This document shows positions 9,901 through 21,800 of a stretch of DNA of 34,027 bases, in pieces. Source of the DNA: a virus. Taxonomy: Duplodnaviria; Caudoviricetes. The DNA lies in IMG/VR virus record IMGVR_UViG_3300032270_001162, positions 1 through 34,027 of that record. One strand, 5' to 3'. Numbering within the stretch: the first letter of the stretch is position 1; each line of letters starts with the position of its first letter. The notes under the pieces are model-generated. The model saw nothing but the letters and a program-made list of their open reading frames with translations. It was not told where the DNA came from and searched no databases. Position numbers and translations under genes: made by a program.

Positions 9901-11283
9901 AACTAATTTTGTATAAGTTTGTACATCATACAAACATAAATCCCATTTTGATGAATTTCCATTATATGCAGCATCAGTTAGACTAAGACTGTATACCCTA
10001 GCATATCCGACAATATCTCCTTCCCCATTTAATCTATTATATAATTCTACCTTTTCTCTTAGTTTTGGAGCTCCAGATACTGTATTGACTCTTAAAATAT
10101 TTCCCATTTCAAAAGGAATATTGATCGCAGATACTTTTTCAGTGTCTCGTGGTTTTTCAACATCAATAATTGTTGTCGATGTTTTATCTACATCATATCC
10201 TTTCACATATGCTTTACCTGGAGATATTTTGATTCCCATCAAATTATCTGATGGTTTATTATTTTGATCTGTAGTTTCATTGTCAAAGAATAATCCATTA
10301 CTACCTAATCTATTATTCAATGAATTATGAACAGATACACTAAATGGTGTTACTGCATAATCTCCAGATTCATCATATGTTCTGCCAGCAAGGTAATCTC
10401 GAATTATGTTATAATTAGTTTTTGATTCAATTTTCTTAATTTTTCCATCTTGAACTCTTAATAGTTCAACAAAATCTGTATCATTAAGATCACTTATCAA
10501 TTTTTTTGTTAAAGTTAAATTGATTTGTAATCTATCAGCACCTGGCGCTGCATAATTTGTAAATCCCTTTGCATTATCAAATAAAGATTTATCGTCTTTT
10601 GAAGCAATAAGTAATTCATCAATTTTTAATCCGACTCTATATGATGGTGTATTGGTATAATTATCTAAAATTATAGTTTGTTTAGATACATTTACAAAAT
10701 AACCTCTAATGAAATATACACCATCACCAATAGAAGCTGCAGATCCTATTGAAGTTGCATTTAGTGAAATTAAGGATGCAAAAGGAGTTCCTGCATTGAT
10801 TGTGGTATTTCCATAAGTTATATTTTCTTCTGCAATTAAGGATTCACCATCCTCAAATTGATTAAATACAAAATTATTATCAGAATCTAAATATTTTACA
10901 TATATTGTTAACTGATCAACATTTACATTATCAGGTAATGTTACATATTGTACAAGTGCTGTTGTACCTGATATTTGTCCAATTATTTTTTTACCTATAA
11001 ATTTATTAATATAGAGAGAAATATCAATTCCAAAATTAGTTGGATTAAGTTTTACTGCATAAAATTGTCCATCATATGCAATATTTCCGGGGATCACCAT
11101 CGATCCATCTTTGAATATATGACTACCGAATGATTCTATTTGATTTTGTAGAATTGACTGTAAAGTAGTTAATTCCCTTGCTTGAATGGGTCGCCCTGGA
11201 TTAAATAGTACCTTATAAAAATTTTTTTCAGAATCAAAATCATCATAGTATGGACTAATATTTAAATTTGTTTTTTGTGCCAT
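3943..11283 (-). CDS. Large virion structural protein, VrlC/DUF4815-like (2,446 aa)
   Basis: N-terminal NISPYYDDFD...KVLFNPGRPIQARELTTLQSILQNQ, plus APGADRL, RTYDESGDY, DNRRYTMRDIG, GFFVDDF and DPLAQSF; lies downstream of gp8 as in cyanomyoviruses. Confidence 0.85.
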   Translation of the reverse strand: MAQKTNLNISPYYDDFDSEKNFYKVLFNPGRPIQARELTTLQSILQNQIESFGSHIFKDGSMVIPGNIAYDGQFYAVKLNPTNFGIDISLYINKFIGKKIIGQISGTTALVQYVTLPDNVNVDQLTIYVKYLDSDNNFVFNQFEDGESLIAEENITYGNTTINAGTPFASLISLNATSIGSAASIGDGVYFIRGYFVNVSKQTIILDNYTNTPSYRVGLKIDELLIASKDDKSLFDNAKGFTNYAAPGADRLQINLTLTKKLISDLNDTDFVELLRVQDGKIKKIESKTNYNIIRDYLAGRTYDESGDYAVTPFSVSVHNSLNNRLGSNGLFFDNETTDQNNKPSDNLMGIKISPGKAYVKGYDVDKTSTTIIDVEKPRDTEKVSAINIPFEMGNILRVNTVSGAPKLREKVELYNRLNGEGDIVGYARVYSLSLTDAAYNGNSSKWDLCLYDVQTYTKLVLNKSISTTELPKSSFVKGKSSGASGYAVANGSSETIQLSQTSGKFSQGEQLIINGVDSSTSIKTITSYGTQNIKSVKQTTAVSGFFVEFNANAFLERFNFQNNVSKVTISGSNVISAGNVFSGVRENTIIRYQKQGSSVETFNRITSVSADGLSMTIAGITSVSGVFDGGVPGGTIEPNIQIGAPIIRNESTGYLYAQLPDSNISSVNLSNSLLTISTQISGKTISGGQLSLNSSDITGISSSFFASFDEERYSVHYSGGGIGTVTQDSFRLNSNVVTIGGLIDGSDVTVNATLIKNGIQSKKKEYNRSKIQNVEFSKYSQSGSSSNSSINDGLTYNQFYGLRVQDEQISLNYPDVCKVLAVYESYDSLSPSLDTVRFTSSADVTTNTIIGEDIIGNSSKAIARVVSKPSTNVLGIVYLNTERFSDGETVKFKESNITVDIELITVGNYKDITYSYQLDKGQRDQYYDYSRLTRNKNTPEPSKKLLIVFDYYSVPLNDTGDVFTVSSYDQERFSNDIPTIGPRNVRASDTLDFRPRVSVFTDTNKSPFDFDSRSFNSDPKVILSSNESSLIGYDYYLPRVDKLYLDKFGTFILEKGISSKKLTVPSKKGDVMDIATITLPPYLYNPSDAVVTPIDNRRYTMRDIGIIQERVSNLERVTSLSLLEVNTQTLQIQDSDGRNRFKTGFFVDDFKDYTSINRRLSSIQINNQSNELIPIISRNSLKSQLAPATAINDNQFDLSVNYDLLDPNVQKTGNAVTLKYNSVGWIEQPFATRVENVNPFNVIVYTGDIKLDPDRDNWIRTIQLPDKHVSNTISMPSLNLTNNVSNNVVTTSNSFTNTTVERVIYGMGNWEDASTSDPTYSLSSTSSSSTSSNTEKTGTISDYDTTIQNIKISSAEEKFIRSRNIGFSITNLKPSTQFYLFFDSNSAVDFVPKLVEISNDATLANYGSSGSFVVGEEVIGTSNGQNLITFRVATSNHKYGNFSSPSSTYTINPYIKGETLPASYSSSSKVLNIDTYSLSQEAQGKYSGYLLKGMRLVGQTSGAVAYVKDLRLITDNYGDLIGASFLRDPNTIPPPSVRIETGTKTFKLTSSSTNAPGLVGSNSISFAETNYSADGMFEQWENLVTTTIRNTDVNTTTNTTTNVTNVDLNSATTTTVTRYIDPLAQSFVVGGNVEAPSPTNTNDDVNGAFLTAVDLYFGAKDQGNAPVKVEIRTVELGTPTRLRIGNAVTLRPDQVNVSDDAETPTKVTFDEPIYLAPGRQYAVVIISETSDQYELWCATMGEKTVNTKSLPDADSVKYSKQFSMGRLYKSQNGSEWTGSDYQDLKFKLYKAEFTSPTGTAFFYNPTFDKSNGYVDKLINNPLKTLPKTATLGITTTTNTSLITTLSKGRKIVGSQNYVYGYVVGTGSSVSSLGITTGGSNYVTGTSVNTYNIIGSGSGLVLNITALNGTITGITTVNRGNGYAIGDVVGIVTSSVSSNTGKDARITIGAIGNSLDTLYLSNVQGGTFNVGAGLSYYNNSGTIVSLASTTIRNFTPTGSINSGNYIKVDHFDHGMYSNTNKLVISGAESNIPATTLSTQLLSTDVSIVSIADTSNFATFEGVAVSGTNLGYIKIENEIISYNEIGNGTLRGVVRGIDLTKVLNYDINSLVYKYEMNGVSLRRINTTHDISDSGIGIDEYYVEINRSTNGPIDRSLDAPGLPELSFTNESTVGGSNVYASSNISYSSLVPVYDVITPANTSVTATIRTTTGTSIGGNETSFLDNGFEPVQLNTLNVLESVRLVCSKENETEYLSNLPRNKSFTTGITLNSSDKYLSPVIYLNNSSTEFRNNRLDNPISDYVVDSRVNSITNDPHAASYVSRIVSLSQPASSLKVILSAYRHSSSDFRVLYSLIRSDSSQVPQAFELFPGYNNLKYTDTNQYSIIDPAKNDGLSDLFVRPSLNNEFLEYQFTADNLDLFTGYAIKIVMSGTNQAYPVRIKELRAIAIR

Positions 11284-11288
11284 TTTTT

Positions 11289-12836
11289 TTAAAATTCCAG
11301 AATAATTTTAACGTCTTCTTTTTGTCTAATGTCTCTTTCCACCAGGGGTCTATTATCAATATAAATTATATCTCCTGTCTTTTTATTTATCTCCGGATTT
11401 GCAAGACCTGCTGTAAAAGTTACTCCCAAATTTATAACTTTACTTCCAAGTACAATTTTATTTTCTCCAAAAGATGTATCGATAGATCCTGCAAATGGTG
11501 TAATACTATTTCCAGATGATTCGAAATCATATACATTAGGACTACGATTATTATCTCTATAATCAGTTTCATCATATTTTGTGGGATGATAATATAAAGA
11601 TCTATCTCTAAAATATTTTAAAACCTTAGTTTCACTATCATATGATGCAACATATCCTTTTGCAACTTTTCCATCCGTCCTTGTCTGTGTAATTTCTCCT
11701 CCAATAACTGGAGTTCCGGTAAAATCTGAAGTTAATTTTATTGAATATAATGATGAATATTGATTTTCAGTAAAAATAGTAGTACTTGAAGCGAAAGTAG
11801 TTGGATTTTTTATAATTCCGACTTGAGCAAATTGAGTATCTGTTGGAAAATCTTTAGTCGAATCATCAAATCTTACATATATTAATACTTTATCAGTACC
11901 TAATTCGGAATAGATATCATATCCATGCCCTTTAGATGGTGGAATAATTGGTATTAATTTTGCTGGATTTGAAATACTTTCTGGTGGTTGAAGACTTCCT
12001 AAATTAACTACTCCCCAAGTATACCCACTTCCACCAGATGTCACAACAGCAGAAGTTATCACTCCACCAGTAGCAGTAATTGATACTCTACCTCCACTGC
12101 CATCACCAACAATATCAACAGTACCAGAACTGTATCCTTTTCCACCATTTTCAATGTATACTTTCTTAATTTGATTAAAATTTATATCAGAATTTCCTGC
12201 TTCTCTAACAGAAACAATTTGAGAATCTGTCGATGATTCCCAATCATTGGGAACTACAACATATTCGGTTGAATCAAATTTTATAATATCACTTGGAGAA
12301 ACTGAAAAAAGATATTTCCAAATATATCCATCTCCATTTATGCCTGCTGCAGATGGTTCCAAATCTGTAAATGTGGGTTCATCTTGAGATTTACTTCCTT
12401 TTGGAATTTCTCCAGAAGAACCATTATCAATACAAATATAAACCCTATAATCTTTATTAATTACATAATAGTTTGAATCATATAATCTACTTGTCTTTGA
12501 ATTTGGTGATGGATTTGAAATACTATAATCATGCCTATACATATCATAAGAAGTGTTAGAAGTCCAAGTAACCTTTCTTATAAGTCTTCTGATATTGCTA
12601 CTTGTAATTCTTTTACCAAATAGAGCAGTATCTCTATAATGTGTAGAATATTGAAAATTATCAGTCGGACTTGGTGTATTGGAATTCCAATTGGTAGTTC
12701 TTCCAAATCCAACTGATGTTGGTAATGGATTGACTAATCCCAAAAAGACATAATATGAATTATTACCAGACACTACAGAATCTACGAAATTGCCCACATT
12801 CACTATTCTAAATTGGTCTGTTACAACTGCTGCCAT
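11289..12836 (-). CDS. gp8: Baseplate wedge subunit gp8
   Basis: YDMYRHDY, YRVYICIDNG, DGYIWKYLF, GHGYDIYSELG and C-terminal GDIIYIDNRPLVERDIRQKEDVKIILEF. Confidence 0.9.
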   Translation of the reverse strand: MAAVVTDQFRIVNVGNFVDSVVSGNNSYYVFLGLVNPLPTSVGFGRTTNWNSNTPSPTDNFQYSTHYRDTALFGKRITSSNIRRLIRKVTWTSNTSYDMYRHDYSISNPSPNSKTSRLYDSNYYVINKDYRVYICIDNGSSGEIPKGSKSQDEPTFTDLEPSAAGINGDGYIWKYLFSVSPSDIIKFDSTEYVVVPNDWESSTDSQIVSVREAGNSDINFNQIKKVYIENGGKGYSSGTVDIVGDGSGGRVSITATGGVITSAVVTSGGSGYTWGVVNLGSLQPPESISNPAKLIPIIPPSKGHGYDIYSELGTDKVLIYVRFDDSTKDFPTDTQFAQVGIIKNPTTFASSTTIFTENQYSSLYSIKLTSDFTGTPVIGGEITQTRTDGKVAKGYVASYDSETKVLKYFRDRSLYYHPTKYDETDYRDNNRSPNVYDFESSGNSITPFAGSIDTSFGENKIVLGSKVINLGVTFTAGLANPEINKKTGDIIYIDNRPLVERDIRQKEDVKIILEF

Positions 12837-12853
12837 ATTAATAGTTTTTTAGA

Positions 12854-12861
12854 TATTTATA
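12854..12861 (-). promoter_or_regulatory. T4-type late promoter TATAAATA
   Basis: Exact consensus overlapping the gp7 stop, 17 nt upstream of the gp8 ATG. Confidence 0.85.
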
Positions 12862-15800
12862 AGAGTTTGGAAAGTGCTCCAGTATCTCTGATACCAGTAC
12901 CTCTTCTTTGAATTGTTGGGAAAGTTGATAATCCAACATCTACAGTATTACCAGATACTCCTATTGAAATTGGGGAACTGGACCTAGTAGACACTGATAA
13001 CCTACCCCAAGAGAATTTACCTACAGGATTTGATTCACTGCCAGTAGATGCAAGTCCAACTACAGATGTATTTGACTTTATGTTACATGTAATAATTCCA
13101 GTAGAACCACTGTAAGAGAATTGGTGAATATGGTAAATATTATCCAAGAATGTGGATCCAATTCCAATCACAGATGAATCAGAACTGTAAATAGAAGTTA
13201 CTCCTCCCCCAATACGTGTATCAAAGATATAAATTGGATATCCGGCTTGTAATCCAGCATAAGATGTGGCGTCCATATAGAATTTGAGTGCTAAAGCAGT
13301 TCCAATACCAGTAGTAGTTGTAATCCCTGTAATAATTCCAGAAAATCCATTAACTAAAGAAATATCTGTAATATTTTCATATGTTGGATCTGGAAGTGGA
13401 ACAATAACTCTTGGTGGATTTGAGGAGGTATATCCAAAACCAGGATTTATTATTGACACTACTCCAGTTAATGATCCATTAGAAATGGATGCAGTTGCAG
13501 TTGCAGTGGCAACCTCTGGGGAAGAAAAAGTAACTTCAGGAAAAAAGCTATATCCATATCCTGGATTTGTGATTGTAACAGAAGTTACAATACCAGCAGT
13601 TATATTTGCTGTTCCTGTTGCAATTGCTCCAATTCCAACTCCAATGACTCTAGGACTTTCAAATATAGCAGTTGGTGGTGAAGTATATTGATATCCACCA
13701 TAAGTAATAATAACATCTGTAACAATACCAGAAGATCCTGTAATCGCATATCCAATAGCGAACCTACTTACGGGAGCAGCAATTTTAACATCAACTGATG
13801 AACCTGTATATCCACTTCCAGCATTAGTGATAGATAGTGATTGAATAGTCCCAGCAGCAGAAACTATTGCAGTAACAGATGCAGATACTGGATCGGCTGC
13901 ACCAGAAAAAACTAAAGCATCGAAAGGTGAATCTATATCATAATCAAATAACTCGGCATTATCGATAAAGATTTCATTGGAAGTAGTAGAAAAATTTTTA
14001 ATGACCTTTGCAGTTGGATATACTAAAGACTCAATAGAATCTCTAGTTTTATAGACATCTTCACCATTAATTTTTCTATCAACTTTTTGCTTAATCCAAC
14101 TTAGTGGTCTATTGTTTTCAGTATCTACTCCTTGATCAGAATACAAATTAGTTTCAAACTTATCAGAATATGATAAATCAAATACAGTTCTTTTATCCTG
14201 TGATATTGTACCAGAAATGCTATTATTTTTGAGTACTTGTACAGTATCTCCTCTCTTTATAGTTTCATTTATATTTGTAATCAATAGACTATCATCACCT
14301 GCTGTTCCTTTATAAAAGAAAACTGCAACATTATCTTCTTTTTTTGGTGCAGTTGTAAATACAAAGGATGTTCCACCATCAAACTCGTATGCTACTCCTG
14401 GATCTTGAATTACGCCATTAATAACAATTAGTAATGCATTTGTAAGATTTACCTGAGAATCTTCCTGAGATTCAAAACTCAATAAGTTGTTATTATAATA
14501 TAATGGGAATCTCTGTCTAATTCCATCTTGATAATTTGCAATTGAGTCGATATAATCAAATTCTCCAAATTGCCAAGCAGCAAAGGAATCTGTAAATGTA
14601 TTAAGAACAGTTAATTTAAATTCTGATAGTGGAGATCCTAATCTTGAATCAGTGACTAGACCAACTACTTTAAATACATCTCCACGTTGGAAATTATATC
14701 CTTGTCTAGAGATATTAAATCTGGTTACTTCATAATATGTTGAACCTATTCCTGTGGTTGAACTTGCTCCAACTTCAACATTTAAACGTAGTCCTATTCC
14801 AGTAGATGTTGTTGTACCAATACCTAATCTGGAAACACCAATTACTTCAAGATTTTCATATGAAGGTTCTGAGACAAATATCTTGGGATTTGTATATTCA
14901 TTACCACCACTAATAATATTAAATGATAAGGTTCCTCCAGCACCAACAGATGCTCTTATAGATGCTGCTACTCCAGTATGTCCATTTTGATACACACTTA
15001 CGCCTATAGAAACAATTCCATTATATCCAGATCCAAGATTATCAGTAGTTCCCAGTCCAACAGATTCAATTGAACCTCCCGCACCCACTACAGCAGTCAC
15101 TGCTGCTCCAACAAGGGGTGCATATCCCAATCCAGTAGATGATCCCAAGGAAATAATTATTCCACCCCTAGGAATTTGATTTTGATTCACATCAAATTGT
15201 GAAGTGAAGATATCTAACGTATTTGCTGATGTAATACCAGAAAATACTACACTACTTATTCCTACAATAGAATTTTTCAATAATTTTAAAATTATTTGCT
15301 GGATTGTTATCAGTTGTTGGTGTTTGAAAAACACCATTTATTAATAAAATACCATTTCCACCAGTAGATCCTAATCCAACAGTATTTGCTCCACCAACAG
15401 TCAATGTAAAAGTTCTTCCAATACCCGTAAAGAGGTTGGAAACATCATCATATATCTGATTAGTTGCATAATTATTTCTCAAAAATACTCTACCAGTAAA
15501 ATCAGATGTTTCAAATCTCAGATTACTAGAAGTTCTTTCTATTTGTGGATTTCCTCTAGGTGATTCTGTAAAGAAAATTCTATTATTAACAATATTGTAA
15601 GAACCTTTATAAATTCTTGCTGTCGTGGAATCAGTATGAGATGATGTTGATGACCCCACAAATCCCCTAATTACTTCAACTAAAGGTATTGTCCCAATGT
15701 TTGTAATTGGTCCAATATTAGTTGTACCCAGTCCAACATTAATAATTCCCATATATTCATCATCAATTTTGAGAATATTTTTTGGTGAAATTGTAGATAT

Positions 15801-18800
15801 CCCACTTAATGAGAATATGGTAGATACTGCATTAATTTGTCCACCATTTCCAGATAAAGTATGTGATATAGGTGTATATAACAATGGGAATTGTATTATA
15901 TTATCAATAGTAATAATTGCCTTTTCATTTCTTTTAGACATTGTAAGTTTATGTGCATTGCCTTCCCCAACAGAGGTAAATGTTACTCCAATTCCATTTT
16001 CGGCATTATTTTTAGTTGTTGCCAATTTAAATTCATTATTATTGATTTTAATTGCAAAAACTGTAGAAGGCAAAACATTAGTCGAACTAATCATCATTGC
16101 AGTAGAACCAATTCCCAAAAACGTTGATTTTGGAGTATAGATTAATTGTTCAGTATTACTGAAAAAGTGATTTGGAATAGTAAATGTTCCAGTGGTTCTG
16201 TCTAATTGAGAAGTGTTGGATGGATCAAATGTTTTTTCAAAAATTGCATATCCATTGGAAGTTAAATCAAATTGAGTTTTGTTAATTCTATCTCCATTAA
16301 TTGCATTATAAAAACTAACATTAACAGATTCTGTTATTTTTCCATATTCAAAATTTGGTGAAATATTTACGTCATCCAGAATAGTGTATAAACACTGATT
16401 AAATGCTGAAATATCAATTTTAGATGTTATTGATGAATCTGGATAAAATTTTAATATGAAATTATTTCCAGAATATTCTCCACCAAAAGTTCCAATCCCA
16501 TTAGTACTTCCAATAGAAAGGAACGGTGATTGTTGAATATAAGTATTGGTATTATCGTGTACCATCATAATTTGATGTAAAGCACTTGTAGATCCAACAC
16601 CAACTTTAATTATAGATTTAACTGCATTAAAATCAGTTTTGTTTAATGATATTACCTCTGTTGACGCTGCAGAAACTGTTGATGAATAATTTGATTGATA
16701 TATTGCAGTCCTTTCATATCCAGTTAATTGACCTGGTAATTTAAAACGATATGTTCCAATACCAACTGATGTTGTACCAAATCCAACAATTTTTGATCCA
16801 ACAGTAACATTATTAGGGGAATCATTAGTATAATTTAAAGATAGTATTCCGGAAGAAATATTTGCAGAAAAAGATCCTATGAAATTTCCCGAATAATTAT
16901 TAGTTTGGTATTCGGAATCAAAATAATATTCTGAAATATAAGTATCTGTACCAATACCAGTCAAATATAACTCAACAAAATTCATATCATTTGTTAAAGT
17001 ATCAATAACTTGACTATTAACATGCAGTGAAGTAAATTTATTTGAGTTTACAGATATAATTGAAGTTGTTATTCCTGGGTTTACAATTAAATTGGAACCT
17101 GTTAAATCAATAAACCCAATAGAAGTTGTTCCAATACCAGGTGAAGTAGAATTGAATTCATTTTTAATTAATTTTAAATCATAATCTATATTATATGGAT
17201 CAGTAGGCGTGAACTGTAAGTAAGTTTTATTAAATTCATCTGTAAATATTGAAAATGATCCAATCTCTTCATTAGAAACATTCGTAAGTATTGTTCTAGC
17301 ATTAACTATAGTTCCTTTTTCCAATATAAAATTATTAATACCATCATTCAATAAAACTAATTCCGTCAATTGGATTTGGGAATTATCCGAATTAGAAATT
17401 CTGAATAATAAATTATTATAGGATACTCCTTGAATTAATTCGATAATATTTAAAAATTCACTTGGTTCTCCGTCTAAATTGGAAAACTGTCTGCTTATAT
17501 CATCTATTCGTAAAACTACATTAGTTCTACATTCAGTATAATTTGTTAACTTTTTATTTTTTAATTTTAAAAATTTAGAAGAACTTCCAACAATATCAAT
17601 ATCCTTTACTAAATCAAAATCATAAATTGTATCTACTCTATTTTCTTCAATTATATCAGAAATTATTGAGGTAGCATCTGAACTAGAAATTCCAGAATTT
17701 GTAGTGGTTGAATTGATTTCAGTATCTGAAAAATTCTTTAACCCACTAGTATGGAGTAAACTATTAACTGGTGTTCTTAAATTTTGGTAGGTAATGGGAC
17801 TTTTTATTGTATATGATAGATTTTGATAATAATCATTATCTGCAATTGTTTGATTATCTTCATTTAATTTTCCAATATTATCTATCCACCCAAGATCTTT
17901 CTCAATCGAATAATGAATATTGAATCTTCCAGAATTATTTTGAATTCTTTCTATAGTTGCAATATTGCCAGATTCTTTACCTTTTATTATTTCACCAACA
18001 GATAAATCATAGGACCCGGATACTTTAATAAATGTTTTATCATAATCTACAATAAACAAATCTCTTTCTCTATTATTAGAGATAAGTTGCTCACCAATGA
18101 TAAATTGCGATACTTTTTGTGTAATCTTGAATAGTGGATAATCACTACTCTTTATAATATTTGCAACCGAGTCTTGAATTGTTTTTGCTATTCCAGTATT
18201 TGTTGTTAATCCACTATTACTAAGATTAAGTACAACTTTATCAATAGCACCCCTAAAATAACCGCTAACTGTAAAAAACTGATACTTATAGTCTTCAGAG
18301 TTGAATCCAGATCCATCAGTACTAATTTTTTGAATACCTTCTACAAATACTTTATCACCAATATTAAATGGATTAGTTGAGAATCCAAGCACTGGTGTTG
18401 TTATGAAACATGTGAAAATTCCACTAGAAGAAGATTGTACTCGTTGGATACTAATTCCATTTGTATTATTAGTTGCATATAATCCAACTGTTGTTTCTGA
18501 AAGACCTTTGGGTTCTTGTATTATATTTACTGCGGAAATAGAATTTCCAGTTATTACTGCCTCTAATATTCCACTATTAATCCTTTCTCCAGTTGTAGAG
18601 TCTACAATTGTAATTGCTGGAGCATTAATATATCCAGTTCCGCCATCAGTAATTTCAATAGTATCAATTGTATTTGAATTTTTAATCGTAATTAATGGTG
18701 ATATATACGCATTTGGTTGTAAAGTTTTATCGGAAGAATATTCAAATCCATCACTAACAATTCTTACTTCTCTTGCATTTCCTATAGTTAATGATTTTGT

Positions 18801-21800
18801 AATAATATAAGCATCCTGACCATCAATAGAATCAGATCCTACAAATACTGGCAATTTCTTATATCCTACCCCACCAGAAACAATGTTAATTTTATTAATA
18901 GGACCTTTTGCAGATAAGGAATTTGTAGTATACGATAAAATATCACATTCATTCTGAGAATATCTTAATTTTTCGGGAACCTTGGTTAAAGAAATATTAA
19001 AAGTTGTAGATCCAATACCAGAAATGGTATAGTTTGAATTATATACACTGTCTGTAAATAGTATTTCAGAATAATTATTTACTCCCGTATCGGATGTTCC
19101 AATATATCCAGATTTTTCCAAATTATAATATAATCTAGTTGGTAGAGCATTGTCATAATTAATGGTAAGTGTTGCATTAGTTGAAACTCCAACAGTTCCT
19201 ACACCAGATAAATTGAATCCAGAAGTAGATGCAGTAGAGACAAATTCATTTTTAAATTCCTGATCATAATAAATTTTAAATTTATATCCAGATAATGAAG
19301 AATCTGACAATTTAAATACTATATTATTATTTTTAATTGATTCAATTTGTGGATTTATTAATGAAATAATTTGATTTTTTCCACCAGTACTTGCAATACT
19401 TACCGTAGTTGGTGGAATAGTACTAACATCAAGGTAAGTTTGTGAAAGTTTGATATTATTATCATCAATTTTATAAACATAATAAGATCCTGTTGATAAA
19501 CCAGATGCAATTAAATCTGCAGAATATAAAATTTTATCTCCAGTTTTTAAATTATGTGAGTTAATTGTAATTGTATTAGAAGTTGTATTAATACCAGTAG
19601 AATTGAATCCAATTGGATTGATTAAAATATTTCCTGTATTTACATCTCTCTTGACATATACTGATGCTGATGTTCCAATACCAACTGATAAATTTGGTTT
19701 TACATTCAAACTAATAATATCTCCAGCAGATAATTCGTGATATGTTGAAACTGAAACAGTAGATTTAATCTTCCTAACTTTTCCTATTTTTTGAGTATAT
19801 ACACTTTCAAATGAATATCGATCATAATTTTCACCATTATCTAAGAAGAATACTTCAGACGAATTGATAGTAGTTTTAATTCCAATAATATTTTTATTTT
19901 TATTAGTTACATATACATTTTGTGGCAAATTAAATTGATTTCCAGTTGATGATAAAACTAAAATATTTGTAGTATCAGCAGTAAAGATGACTTGTTGGTT
20001 ATTAGTGAATGGATGATTTTCAATATAAATTCCTTGTGTTGGAATATTTCTTGTAATGGTGGAATCGCCAAATTTGAAAGTTACTGAATTTGTAATTCCA
20101 CTAGTAGTACCAATACCAACAGATTGTTTAGGATTAAAATATACTTTGTCATTGACTTTTGACTCAAAATAATCAATATTTTGTGAAATTGTAAATGAGT
20201 CTGGAATAAAGTTTATTTGTGTAGTTGCAGTATGAGCTACTCCATTTAATCCTCTTTTTACTTTAAGTATGTTGAGATTTCTGAATACTTCTAGTACTTG
20301 TAATGTTTCTGTTCCAATTTTAATACTACTTCCAACGGATACGGATGCTGGAAGTTGTGTGACGTATACTTCTGTGGTAAATCCTACAGATGATGAAGGA
20401 ATATTTTTCAGAACATTTGAGTAATAGGAAGATACTGATATTTGATGTGAATTATTTAATTTACTTAAACTAGTTGAGAATCCAGAAACAACAACATAAT
20501 CATTATTTGATAGATTATGATTTGGTAAGATAGAAACCTTTACTTCTCCACTATTATTCCAAGTAAAAATAGCATTATCATAATTATCTACAGAAGTTGT
20601 TAATTCTACAATATCTTTCCCTTCTATTGATGAAACTTTTGCAATTAATCCTCCACCTTTTGTATTCTCATTATCAAATTCTAAGACATCATTCACTTTA
20701 TAATTTGAACCAGAATTAATGATATCAAAATCATTTACATATCCATCAGTTACTGATTCAATAATTGATTTTTGTTTTGTAATTTCATTAGTTTCAATTA
20801 TAAAATCATTATCTGCATATTTATCAGATACTTTGTATGGAAAGGTATTTCTAAGTAAATTTGAACTATTAAAATCAAACGATTGATTGAGTGTATAATT
20901 TTCTTCCAAAATATTAGATCTGTAAGAATTTCCAATAAAATATGGAAATTGAGGTTCAAAAGTTATATCTTTAATTGGAGCAAAATATGCATAAACTCCA
21001 TTTGGAAATTCTGGAGTTTTTCCAAATCTTCCATTATTTTCATCCAAATCTCCGGAATTGGTATATACATAATCTTCAACAAAAAATCCATCAGAAATTT
21101 CTGCAGGTCTATCAATAATATTAGATGTATTTAATGTATAACCAGAAGTTAGAAGTTTTGGTATGGAATTTGCATCTTCGGCATCTGAATAACCGTATGA
21201 ACCATATATTGGGTTTCCATCATATGCCCACCCAATTATATTAGAAATACTAGTACCAGCATCACCAAATGATTGTCTTAATTCATTAAAGTATCCACAA
21301 ACTGAATATTGTAATTTATTTTCAGTTTCTATTAAAAGTTCATTTCCAAATCTTAAATTATTATTGACCGTTAAAGATCTAATATTTGATTTGAATACTG
21401 CATTAGAACCTGCTGGTTTAACTTGAATTGTAGTTGATGCATTTGAATATCCAATTCCGGCGTTTACAATTTTAACATCAGTTATTTTTCCATTTGCAAT
21501 AACTGGTCTTAATTCTGCTCCCGATCCTTGTCCGGTAGAATCAATTACAATTAAATCGGGAATTGAGTAGTACTCTAATCCAGGATATTGAATATTTACT
21601 GAATTAATAGTACCATTGATAATAATTGGTTTTAATTTTGCTTCTTTACCATTCTTTATGGATACTAAAGGACTTCTTTCAAAGTTTAGGATGGTTGTTC
21701 CATAACCAGTTCCAGTTTCATATAAGTATGCATCTATAATACTACCTCTAACTTTGGGAGTTGCTATAAGTGTTTGATATATTTGAGTTGTTGTACCGAA

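Noticed and set aside
12857-15337. Independent 826-aa gene, or a classical -1 programmed frameshift
   Set aside because: The N-terminus is only the alternative frame of the upstream gene. The required shift is +1, and removing one base restores a continuous protein.
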